Shown one piece after another: positions 12,601 through 25,100 of a stretch of DNA of 64,000 bases. Position 1 is the first letter of the stretch, and every line of letters starts with the position of its first letter. The stretch is from Octopus vulgaris (lineage: Eukaryota): positions 95,666,001-95,730,000 of the forward strand of contig OX597824.1 in the NCBI GenBank assembly GCA_951406725.2, written 5' to 3'. A program made the translations under genes and the position numbers. Under the pieces are notes generated by a model that saw only the letters and a program-made list of their open reading frames with translations, was not told the DNA's origin and did no database searches.

Positions 12601-15600
12601 GAGTACCTCAGCTTGTTTGGCATCCCTGAGGAACATCTATCATTAAAAAAACAAAAAAAGGTGTGCAATCGGTTAAAAAAAACAAAATCCAGTGAGATGA
12701 AATAAATCTATAAAAATTGTAACTCATACAGGTAAAAATACCTTAAATTCCTTGCCAATCTTGCTTTTCCTTTGACGCCCCATAATGAATACAGAATACT
12801 TAACCAGAATACATGCTATGAATAAAACAAGTGATGGAATGAAACGCTTATCAAAGACTCCAAGACTTGGCAATGAAAACGAGGCTGTAATAATTACAAA
12901 ACATGTAAGACTTCAGGCAAGGGTCATTAAAGAACAGCTGGCTACCAAATTGGCAGAGATTGATGCTTAAAGCAGAATGCTAAAGATTTTTTTTTGTGAA
13001 GTGCATTCCTTAGAATTCTTAACTATCAAATGAAGAAACACAACTAATTTAAATAGAAAATTACTCATGAGTAATGATATATAAACCAATAATGTAACAG
13101 TTAATTATGATTGTTAATGATAAAGAGAGAGCACAATAATTGCTTTACTACTGCTGAATGGGAGCAGAATAATAAAAATGGCAATGGAAGGAACAGGGTC
13201 AATTATCAAGAGGAATTTAAAACACCCACTTTTTTATTTATTTCAGATTATAATTTTTTTGGACTTTTGACCTTTCTTTAAAGATAAACACCCATTTGTT
13301 GGATTAGTGTTCATTTATCCATTTCTAGTATAGGATGGGTGGGGAAATATCCGAGACAGGATCTTATGGCAATTTGCTCTTTCTATTGCAAATTGTTACA
13401 GGTTTTTCAAGCAAGGGATTTTTTAATTCCACACCTTTGAAAGAAAGCATAGAGTAACTAGTCCTAAAGGGATAGGTGCAGCGACAAGTGAAGCTGTGGA
13501 ATGTGACCATTCATGCACATTTACACATGAGCACAAGAGGCTTCTTACAGTTTCCATCTACCAAATTCACTTGTAAGCTCACACAGCAATACCTACTACC
13601 ATACAGAGTAGCTTTAGTATTAATTACTTTTTCAATGATCAAACCACAAATTTACTAGAATGAAGTTTACAGATTTCCAAGCCAGTTCTTCAATTAAATG
13701 GGTCTTATACTTTTCTTAGATGTGAACGAATCATCCACCAAGTTTACCATAGGTACAAAAGTAAGATGAACAGTAAACTAAATACAATATAATACTTAAT
13801 ACCAAACTATAACAATATGCAGTGTACTATCAGCAATAAATATGGCTTACTAATCACACAGTATTTGCTTCTCCTATCACAATTATGTGAACTATAATGT
13901 TTCTTTTAAAAATATCACAACTGGATGATTCTACAGAACAATACAGTTGGTTTCTTACCTAAAGGGCATAAAACTATTGAAGCCCGTTTCCTTATCAGTT
14001 CAAGCCATAAAAATTCAGACTTTCATATTGGGGGGGGGGGGGGACATGTGGTTCATCAGAGTTACTGTATTTGATGAAAGAAAAGGAACACAGGCTTGTT
14101 TGATGCACCCCAATTGCAGGAGTGCATATTCAAAGAAAAAGGTTTTAAGTGCATCAAAGCTGATGGGAAGTCTAGTTTTGCACATAGGACCAAGGATGGT
14201 TTTTTTTTTTTTGCAACAATTATTTTGGAGAGAAGAGAATTGCCATCAAATAAAATGGTTTTTATAGCTTTGGATATTGATTTAATGAAACTTCTACAAA
14301 TGCAATGCAATACTTAAGGCTCCTTGTCATGTTTATCTCCATTTGAAATCGAGATAAGCATGACAAGGTAGGCCCTCTTTGATGAGTTTTTGTATTTGAG
14401 CATTAAAGAGTTCCTATTCAAATATTCCCTGTTCCTGAAGATCAATGAGATAAACAGAATTCTTACTTGCAAGTTGAGACTCTGAGAAAGAAGCTGCTGT
14501 CTATTCTCCCACATCTGTAACAATTCCTGCCAGCCGCCATCAAGTGCTTGAAGACGCTATAAAGAAAAAAATGTTAACAAAATTTAGTATTGACATTGAA
14601 GCAAAAACTTGTTTCTATATTAAGTAGAATAATTTGCTAAAATTCCTCACTGAATTTACCAATTTGCAATATATTTTGAAAGTATTCTTTATTTAACCTA
14701 ATTAACAAAAACAATGCTTTTAGCAAGCTAATCAACTAATTGATTCTATGATTAAGCTTTAGTTTCATACCCACCAACAATATCTTCAAAGACACAAACA
14801 TCACAATTTCCAACTCTTTCTTACTTAGTTAAAAAAGAAAAAAAAAATTTATGCCAATTAAGAATTTCTTACAAAACAAAGCAAAACCGAAGACGCACCT
14901 GTCGCAGAAACATATACTGTGGATCATCCTGGCCCTCAGTGACTTTATCACCAAACTCTTTCATCTTAGCATATTCTGGGGCATAAGCATCAATTTCATC
15001 TTTAAGCTGTTGGTGTTGATTTAATAATTTCTCAGCATCAGCCAGATTGTTGGGAATGTCTTCTGATGCCACAGTTGTCTGAGTACGAGATAACCATTGC
15101 TGGAAATGGTCGAGGTTACCAAGGAAGCGTTGCAATTCGCCGGCCTCACCAAGTTTTTCATCCCTATCTTTGAGCTGTTAAATAAACAATTTATAAAAAT
15201 TTATAAACAATTTATATGATATTTTCTTATATTATTATCCAAACCTCATTACATTTTTTTTAATTAATTTACCATAATAAATGTTAGAAGCATGTAAGTG
15301 GGGGGAGGAGGTTATTTGAATTCCATTTAAATGGAATCTGAATTTAGCAATAGCTTGAGGTAAAAATACTTTCTTTTTGGGATCTTGTAAAGAAAAATGT
15401 AACTTAGGCTCAAAATATATAATTACCATTTCTTTGAGATCCATCCATACATTGTTGATGTCATTGATCTTTTCACGAATAGCCTGGGCTTCTTCAGGTT
15501 TGGTTTCTTGTAGTCTATCTGCTTCCACTTGCAACGATTCAACCTGGAAGCATAAAGAAATTTAACATGAACAGCAACAGTTAAGAGAAAAAAACACACC

Positions 15601-18600
15601 ATAAAATACACAAAACAAAAGACAAAAGATGGAAAGCAAAGTGTTAACGAGATAATTTACCTTGGCTTGTATGGCAGCAAGGTCTCGTTCCATACCACTG
15701 AGCCGTCTCTGTAGTGTCATAACACCAGCTAAATCATTGCCAAGTTCTTCAGTTGATTCGATAATTTTCACCTTTTCGTTTATCCAGCCCTAGAATAATA
15801 AACAAAATAAAATTTCCATAATATATTTTGCAACTAAGTAGCACATTACATAGGAAAAAATCAATCTTTTTCTTTAACAGAAAGTTCAAAGGTTTAATGG
15901 TTGCTTTTAAGAATGTCTGAGATGTTGGTTTTTTGATAATGTCTTAGATTTAAAAAAAGAATTATATTTTAATACAGCAAATGGAAGATGCAAAAAATAA
16001 TCATAAAAATTGGTGGAGAGGGTCAAGTTACTTACAATCGTCTCATTGCATTCAATGTGGAAGTTCTGCAGCCCATGAGCTAAATGTATTTCTTCCCTCT
16101 TCTGGTCAACCAGCGACCTCAAGGTGTTCCATTCTTGGTTCAGCTGATTCTGTCGAGCAATGACATCAGCAGCATTAGGATGTTCAACTTGGAGCAACTG
16201 CCGAGCCAGCTGGTTCACCACTGCAACCTTGGATGCCGTAGAGTTCATTTCATGTTCGAAACTTTCAAAGCGATGTTTAACAATAGCAAGTTCTTCGATA
16301 TCATCCGTAATAACAATTGTTGCAAGGAATTTCTCCTGTAAAATAAAATATAATCGTTATATTCCCTAGAATTAACTGCAACCAAAACTACAATATAAAA
16401 TTAGTCACCAAGTCATTTCTTTTAAAAGTTAATTTAAAAATATGCTAAAAAAGAAAATATCTAATAATTGTAAGGGAAATAGATTTTCTGAATTACAACT
16501 AATAAAAATGTTAACCTAAATTTCTAAATTATATGACCACTTTGAATAAGGAAGCATCTTTTTGTAAACCATGAATTAAAGTCTCTTACTGGGTGAAAAA
16601 AAAGTACAGGATGCTACTGTTTAAATGAATATGGAATAGAATATCTTAGCAATTCTGTTCTAAAGATTCTGTGAAGGTCAACCTTATAAGGTCTAAATTA
16701 AAATATTTATCCCAAGTATTTCTCCTACCATATAAAACTATTACTGTCTTGCAATACTAAAGTGGTGCATCACAATTCCTAGATTCTCCTTGACAATTTA
16801 TTACAAAAATGTAACTATATGTTAGGGATGTAACATATTTTCTCATTCAAGAGATATTTTTAAACAACATTTGAAATTAATAGCTCAGTAAAAAGAAGAA
16901 CTTACCTTCTCATCAATCCAAGTCTGCACACCATCTGCTTCATTGAAAAGTTTATAGAGAGAGAGGGCATCAAGCAACCGTTGCTTGCGAAGTTTGGCAA
17001 GCTCCAATAGTTCTTGGTAACGGCGATCAATGCTACCTAATCGACTCTGTACGTCATCAGACTCTCGGTCCTGTTAATTAGAAGAGACAAAGTTGTAAAA
17101 GAAGAAAAAAAAACTTCAAAATACACATTTAACTGGTACAGGCTACTTCAAAAAGTCACACTTAAAATTTTTATTTTTAAAACTATTTTTAGAATTTTAA
17201 TAAATTTTACAAACATAATTTTACATAATTATTATTTTATGTCACATTTCTATGCTAGAATGGGTTGGATGACTTTAGAAGTTCCAGATTTTGACAACGG
17301 AATCATATTCTAAGCCTCTATACTACAAAGGATCTACACATGGGTAGGCTTGTAGATGTAGAAGGGATAAGATGTAGAGAGTTATACATAAATACCAGGA
17401 AAACTGAACGAGTGATGTGAGAATTTAATTTCATTGATGACAACAGAATCAAGTTTTCCATTTCAATAAAATATCAAATTTCAGGTTTTTAAGGGATTGT
17501 GTTTGCATTTGCTGAATCGCATGATACCAACCCACCCTGATCATACCTTCAGAGTTTCAGTATATATAGTATGAACTGAGTGAGGTATATTAAATCCAGA
17601 CACAGTGGTTGGTGCTGTGGAACAAGCTGCCCAATATACTATACTGGTTGTGTTTCCCAATTCTGATTTATAATTATTCAAGACATAAACAGGAAAAGTG
17701 ATGTAGTTTCTGGTATATTCTGGATACTTACTTGTTCTCCAAGGTTAGTTGCTTGCTCATGGAGACTTTCAATGACACTCTGGTAGTTCTTGAGCTCATC
17801 TGTAACATCCTGCAAACAAACAGTAACAATTAATTAGTATGAATTATATTGACAACATAGGTGTTTAGACGAAATAAATCAAAACTGAAATATCTATCAT
17901 AAGAAGTGCAATGAACCAAGACCTTAATTAGGGTGTTTTAATTTGGGTTCCACTAATTACTCATTCTTTGATTCTCTATTGTAAGAGTAATTTCAATTTG
18001 CATTCACACTTCATTTAAAACTATTGACAGATGTTCTGTACTAAATCTTCCATTAGTTACCAAAAAATATAAGTTTAACTTGTAAGCTGTAACACCAAAT
18101 ATATCTACGTAACATTAAATGATTAAGTAGAGAGGAAGAGAGAGATATAACGAGGAGGTTCAATTTTTACCTTGTGTTTCTTAAGCAGAGATTGTACGCT
18201 GGCCTCATCACGTCCGACATCTTCACTGGACACGATACGGAAAGTATCCAACATCCAGATGTCAATGTCATCAGCATCAGCAAAGAACTGAGTAGAGAAA
18301 GAAAAAGATTTTTAAAAAATCTCCATTCATCAGAGAACATTGAACATATAAACATCACAGTGAAAGTTACAATATATTAATTCAGGCAAGTATGATTTTA
18401 TCTCATTAAAACATAGGGATTACAATAGGTGAATTGCTTAGTTGTAACTAAGCATTTTAGAACAGAGACCTATATTTTATTAAATATTGTAAAAATATAA
18501 TTCATAAAGATCAATTAAATAATGGAACCAAAGAATATATTTTGGACTTAACACTAAATTTGCTTCCAAACAAAGAGTCTATCTGGAGAAATTTGTCCAG

Positions 18601-19140
18601 CTACATCTCCATTTCTTATACAATTATTACATCTTACTGCTTCGTTAACATTTCTCTAATATCTAATTACCAACTTAATGCTAACAACAACAAGAGAAAA
18701 ATAATTAAGTTTAATGAATGATATCTATGAATCCCTATTGTTGTACTAAGGTAAAACAAGATTTCATGGAGAACTGAGCTGTATATAAAGGAAAGGTAAT
18801 TTGATTACAAAGGTAAAATGTTACGAATACTTTGATGTATTTACCTGATAGTAATCAACAGCCTCATTGAGTCTGCGTTTGCGATATGCTGCCAGGTCAA
18901 TCAAACTCTCCCACTGCTGGTTAATCTCATCTATGCGTTCTTGGATCTTGTCTGCACCGAAATTTCCGGCAGAAATGAGATCATTGCCAACTTGGATGAC
19001 TGACTGCAAGTGTGAGTGTCTGGCTGTCATTTCATCTTCCAGTGCCTTAAAGAAACGGTAAAGAAACATTAAGAAAATATTCTTTTTAAATACAATGAAA
19101 AAGGAAAAGATAAAATCCCAAATCCTGAACTGTTAGTGTG

Positions 19141-19188
<48 letters not shown>

Positions 19189-22100
19189 AATAAATACTTT
19201 TATATATAAATTATCTTCTAGACTTACTTTATGTTTGTTCAGTAGGAGGTGTACACTAGTTAAATCATGTCCCAGATCAGGAGATGACATCAACTGCTCT
19301 TTCTCTTTCACCCAACCTTCCTCGTCTGCCATATCCCAGTAGAACTGCCATAATTTACGTGACTCTTCAAGGCGAGCCCTGCGTTCAGCTGATAGTTGTT
19401 TAAGTTCAGTGAAAGCTGTCTCAAGTGTTGACATTCTTTCCACAATAACTTCTGGTTTGCAGGGCCTGTACTCCGCTGAAATCACAAAGAAAAAACAAAT
19501 CATAAATTACCTTTCTAATATGAAATTGGGGAATCAACTTTACAACTTTTTCAATAAAGAAACAAAGAATCAACTGTAAAACATTAACTGACAGACTACC
19601 TCTAATCTATTGTCCTATTATTAAATATTTTTACAATAAAATTTTTAATAAAATGCTAACAAATTTTATGCTTAAATTTTATCCATATTCAATTTTAATT
19701 TTGCCTTCAACATTTTTTTTTATAGAATGTTTGGTATAACCATGGTTTTGGTTTGATCGTAGTTTCTGTTGTATTACAGGTATTTATTCCCTCACTCAGG
19801 TAAAGTTGATTAAAAAACTAGCAGCCCATGACCAAATGTACTGCAAACCTATTTCTCTCTTGTCTGACTTGGCAACCTTCCTTAATAATAAATTTGAGGT
19901 TACAAAATGCTTCATTTCTTTTTGTTTTTCTAGTGAACAGTTTTTTTATTCACTAATCCATACCTATGCATTCAGAAGAAATGCAAATAAGGTTTTCGCA
20001 GATTTATTTAAGGGTTCTATTTACAGACAGATATTCAATGTGGAAAAAAAAATACTACTTCATTCAAATGGTGTATTTTTTCAGAGACGTATGATGCTTT
20101 TTTCAGGGTCTGAATTGATGTCTTTTGGGTTCTCCCTTCATCAAACTATTTGGCTTTATATAAGTTAAATTTGGATTAATTCTCAGGTAGAATTTTCTTC
20201 ATTTTATAAATAATTATTTCTAAAGAAGTATAATTGAAATCTGTCAAAACAAATGAAGAATAGTTTTGAGTTCAATGTTTAAGGGAAAAATTTGAATCCC
20301 ACTTTAGGGGTAGAAACTCTTATGACTCTACAGACACTATTAAAAATGAAAATACAGGAAGATTAATTTTATGCACATAAGGTAAAGCCATGACCGTGTG
20401 GTTGAGAAGTTTGCTTCCTAACCATGTGGCCTCAGGTTCAATCCCCTTATATGGAACTTCAGGCAAATATTTTCTAGTATAATTCATAAAGATCAATTAA
20501 ATAATGGAACCAAAGCCCTGAGTGGATTTGGTAGAAACTAGAAAAAGCCTGTTGTGTGTGTGTGTATGTGTGAGTACTCTTTTAGTTGTAAACAAGCATC
20601 AATGTCATAAGAGATGCGACATTCTTATTTTCCAGTCTTCTGTAAAAAAGCTTGTCTGGTCAGGGGAAGGGCCCCTGGCCATAGAAAATCTGCCTCAACA
20701 AAGTTTTGTATGACTCACGCAAGCATGGAAAAGTGAATGTTAAATAGTGATGATGATGATGATGAGGGTACTTTATTTACAAATGTTATGTTCCTACCTC
20801 CAACATCTACGAAGTCACCTTCAGCAAATCTCTGAGCCTGGGAATTTACAGTCTTGACTCTGTCTCCGACTACATTAATGTCAGCCTCCAACAAACTGTG
20901 TTTTTGCAACAAGTCTTCGACTCCCATCAGATGTTTACCATAGTCTGAAGACATAAGTCGGGCCTAGCAAAAGAAATCAGTAATAAATTAGCAAAAATCA
21001 TTTTCAAGTGAAAACGGATAAAAAAAAACATTTCCAAACTAAGAATCAAAATAAAATACTAATTATAAATAGGATAGTATGTGGTTTAGTGGTAAGGGTC
21101 TTGTACTTGTGATCCTAAGATTGTGGTTTCGATTCCCAGTGCAAAACACTTCATTTCACATTACTCCAGTTCACTCCAACAATAGCTGAGAACTTAAATG
21201 GACTGGTATCCTGTTTGGCTTGGTATAATCTCAGTAACATATTCCATGGAAACTGAGTTAAGCTCTGGCTTTATGAGTCCTGGGGCTCATGACAGAACTA
21301 ATATAAATAAGTCAGTGAGTCGGCCAAGTTGTTAGAATATCAAAACAGAAAATACCTTGTGGTATTTGTTCAAATCCCACTTTAGTCAACTTTTCCTTTC
21401 ACCCATTCAAGATTGATGAACGCAGGAGCACCCCAAGGTGGAAAATTAACAAAATTGTTGGTTTGGATGAAATGCTTTGTGGTACATATTACGATTCCTT
21501 GCATCATGAGTTCACATTCCAGTTACGTGCTGATAATCACTTGACCACATGAACACACTATCCAACTTACAATTGGCCAGTGGGGGATAGGCTGGCCTAC
21601 AACCAGCAGTGGATTGAAAATGGATAACGGAACTAATGCAATAAATACTGGCCTAATAAACAAGAAGCAAAATACGAGATGGAACCTTACTGTAAACCTA
21701 CAATTTATAGTTTTCAATGAAACTCTTGAAGCCTTTAAAAGATAATGTAGTGTTGATTGGATTTCGTGAGTGTATTTACCTTAATTTCTTCCATCCAATC
21801 AAGAATGTAAAGCATCTCTTGGAAGATCTTCTGTAAGTTCAGAGAAAGTTCAAGTCTCATACGACGTGCTCGTAGTAATTCCAAAAGATAGTTCCACAGA
21901 CTCAGAACATTGTCTTTTCTGAAAAACAAATAACACATTAGGTTTTAGCTATATTTAATTGTACACTTTCTAGATAAATCTTATTGAATTATAATTTCAG
22001 ACTATTGTCTTAACAAGATAGAAACCTCTAAAATTCTCTAGGAAAGTAAAGTTTCAATAAAAAAATCATGAATTACCTTGCTGCAATTCTATTGATGTCA

Positions 22101-25100
22101 TGGTAATTTTCCTGTTGTAATTCATTTGACACAGCAATAACTGCTTGGACGCGTTCTTCATATGCGTTAATGTCAGTCTCAATTGCTTCATGTTTCTTGG
22201 TAGCAGCCTCGACAGCAGCAAGGTCATGGCCGAAATTGTCCTGAGATACCAACCGTTGGTTCTCACTGAGCCAAACTTCTCGCATGCCAGCCTTACGATT
22301 GAATCGGGCAGCCAATTGCTCAAGTTTTTCTTGTCTGTAAAACAATTACAAAATGAGAATATAACTGTTTAAGTACAATAACAACAACAATAAATTTTAC
22401 GTTTTAACAATAAAAAGAAATATTGGAAATAAATATCTGATTTAAAATAAATTCAAATTAAACAAACTTTGGAACAGACTGAATATATTCGGGACATAGC
22501 TGACTTGTAAAAAGGCTTTTTGACTGGTCTGCTATGGAGAAAAATTCTTGTTTTAAGTGTGCAAACACACTGAAGTCAGTTCAGAATATGGAGTGGTGGG
22601 TGCACTGCAAGCATTTCTGCTCTCTTCAGGATCAGATACCCAGTGGGGCAACTCTAAACTGACTGGAAGGACTAACTTCCCTTCCTTGTCCCAAACATAT
22701 TTTACACCACTGCTTCATGCGTCGTCCACATAAATATAAATCACCAATTGATGATATAATAATTGAAATTTTTACAATTCTCTATTTTTGTTTTTAAACT
22801 TTGTTTTGAAATATTTGTTGCAGACAGAAAAGAAATTACATAACAGATGCTATTAAGATGAAGCTACAGTATTAATGTGCCAAGTTTGGTCTAAGAAAAC
22901 TATTAATTTTACTCCTTAGACAACGGTCAATATTCTGACTATTTCACCATCGCAAACTCATTGGCAATCATGATTCCTTACGATGGTGAGCAATTAAAAG
23001 TGCATTCTGTGGTGAAACCAAATGTTCCAAGAATTTGTAATTTGACCAGACTGGTCTCTAAATGCCTAATTCCAAAATTATTTCCCATTAAGCATGTAAA
23101 AAAAAAAAACGTCGACTCACCGGATCAGTTCTTCACGCAGAGCCAGTTCTCGTTCATGTTCAGCTTTCTCAAGTTTGTCCCAAGCTTTGTTGATGTCAGA
23201 TATCAGTTTTCCTTCTCTGGGTAAATAGGGTCTTTGGTTGTTTGCCCTCATCTTACTTTGGAGTGTGAATAGGAGGACCTCGAGGTTTCCTTTCTCCACA
23301 AATCTGAAAAAGAGCAAAATTTTTTTTGTTATTTATTTATCTCAAAAAGCACTGCCCCTCAACCACCACCAACAAAAAATAAATAAATTACTTATGAAAT
23401 TTAAATTAAATTTACTAGGTATCTATAATTAAAATCCATTATTTAAAATTAAAAACTTTTCTATTAAAAATCAACCAAAAAAAGTAAATAAGAAAGAAAT
23501 GTAGTTTTCACAGCCAAGTTGAGAATCAGGTTTCATGAAAGTTGGGGCAGAAATTATTCTTTCATTGATCTTAAATCATTGAGAACCGAGTAGCAACCTA
23601 ATGATGCAATGGACTGATTCTCACTAAAATACTGAGTTTAAAAACTTAAAAGATAATATAGACCCCCCACCACCACCACCACCAAAAAAAACCTATGAAA
23701 ATTCTAATAGCAGCAGTTATCTCCCTGTACTTCTAATCATTCTTAAAGGGGAAAAATATAACAATTGATATACATTTTGTTTTTGGATTTGGTTTGCAAG
23801 ATTCTTTATATGAGTTCGTGTGTTGAAGCATTTTCTGTCGTGTCTGAGGAGAGTCATTTTCTTTTTGTGCCGCCTTATGTAACACAATCACCGGTGAAAT
23901 TTCCACTTATTTCCTATTTTTATTGTCCTAAAATTTTCGTTGCGTCTTGCAACCGTTTCAATAGTTTTGACTCTAAGAGTTGATATATATTTTGTGCAAT
24001 AATTTCTCTATAAATATTGATGGTTAAATGAGGGACAGGACAAATTGAAATGGAATATGAAACTTCTGAAGTGGAATAATATTTCAGAGACGTACTTGTC
24101 TGACAAACGATTTGGTCTGTGTTGAAACTAAAATAATTAGTGTGGAAGATACATAAAGCCATTCAAAGAGATACCAGCTCAAATGCAGATTACAGTCTTT
24201 GTGCGTTACTGAATAATTAATATGTAAGTATCTTCCATGGTATAAGTGTGAATAAATAATAGAAGTAAAAAAAGGAAATGCTTAACTAAATGAAATAAAA
24301 GATAACTTAAAAAAAAATTTAAATATACAACTGTATAATTAGGTACATTATAGAGGGGGTCTGGGGGCTTACTTTGGTGGTTTTTCGACAGTTCTGTAGG
24401 TGTTAAAGCCTGTCAATTGCTCCTGCACGCCAGTTAAAGAGTTGGCGAATTTTCGGTCATTCAAAATAACTATTGTCTGTTCAATCCATTCCAAGAGGTC
24501 AGATGTTAAGGTTTCATATTCTTCAATCATTTTTTCTGTATCAATGGCATTGTCAATGACCTGAAAGTAAAATTTTAAAATTTTATATTTATATGCGTAT
24601 ATAATGTCCAGTTGAGAATCATCTGTATAATAATAATAATAATAATTGTGTGTATGTTTCAATTATCTTTTTAACTACTTTACTGTGGAAATCAGATGCA
24701 TCTACCCTAAATTCCATTACTCTTTGACATGGAAAGCAGTTCTATATCCGTAACCATCCATTTTTTAAAGATATGTCAAAATTTCTTGAGGCGACATAAC
24801 TAGTAGAAAAACTAATTCTATTTTTTGGGGTATGTATTTAACATTACAGGAATGACCGTGGAATTTAATTTCACAGTTAGGGTTAAAACTGGAAGGTTCC
24901 ATTGAACAAATCAGAAATAAATGGTGTAAACTGGGAAATGAAAGAGATTACATCTAGTTTAAATCAAGTAGGTGTCGGTGATGTATTATTGATCCACATT
25001 TGGCCTTTTTACAGAAACTGGTATTGTTATGAAAGAAAAATCCCAGTTGATGTGAAATTTCTCAATTACTGTATGTAGCTACATTGTGGTGTGCCCATAG

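Noticed and set aside
339-19342. Plus-strand ORFs overlapping spectrin exons
   Set aside because: Antisense shadows of coding exons with no independent evidence
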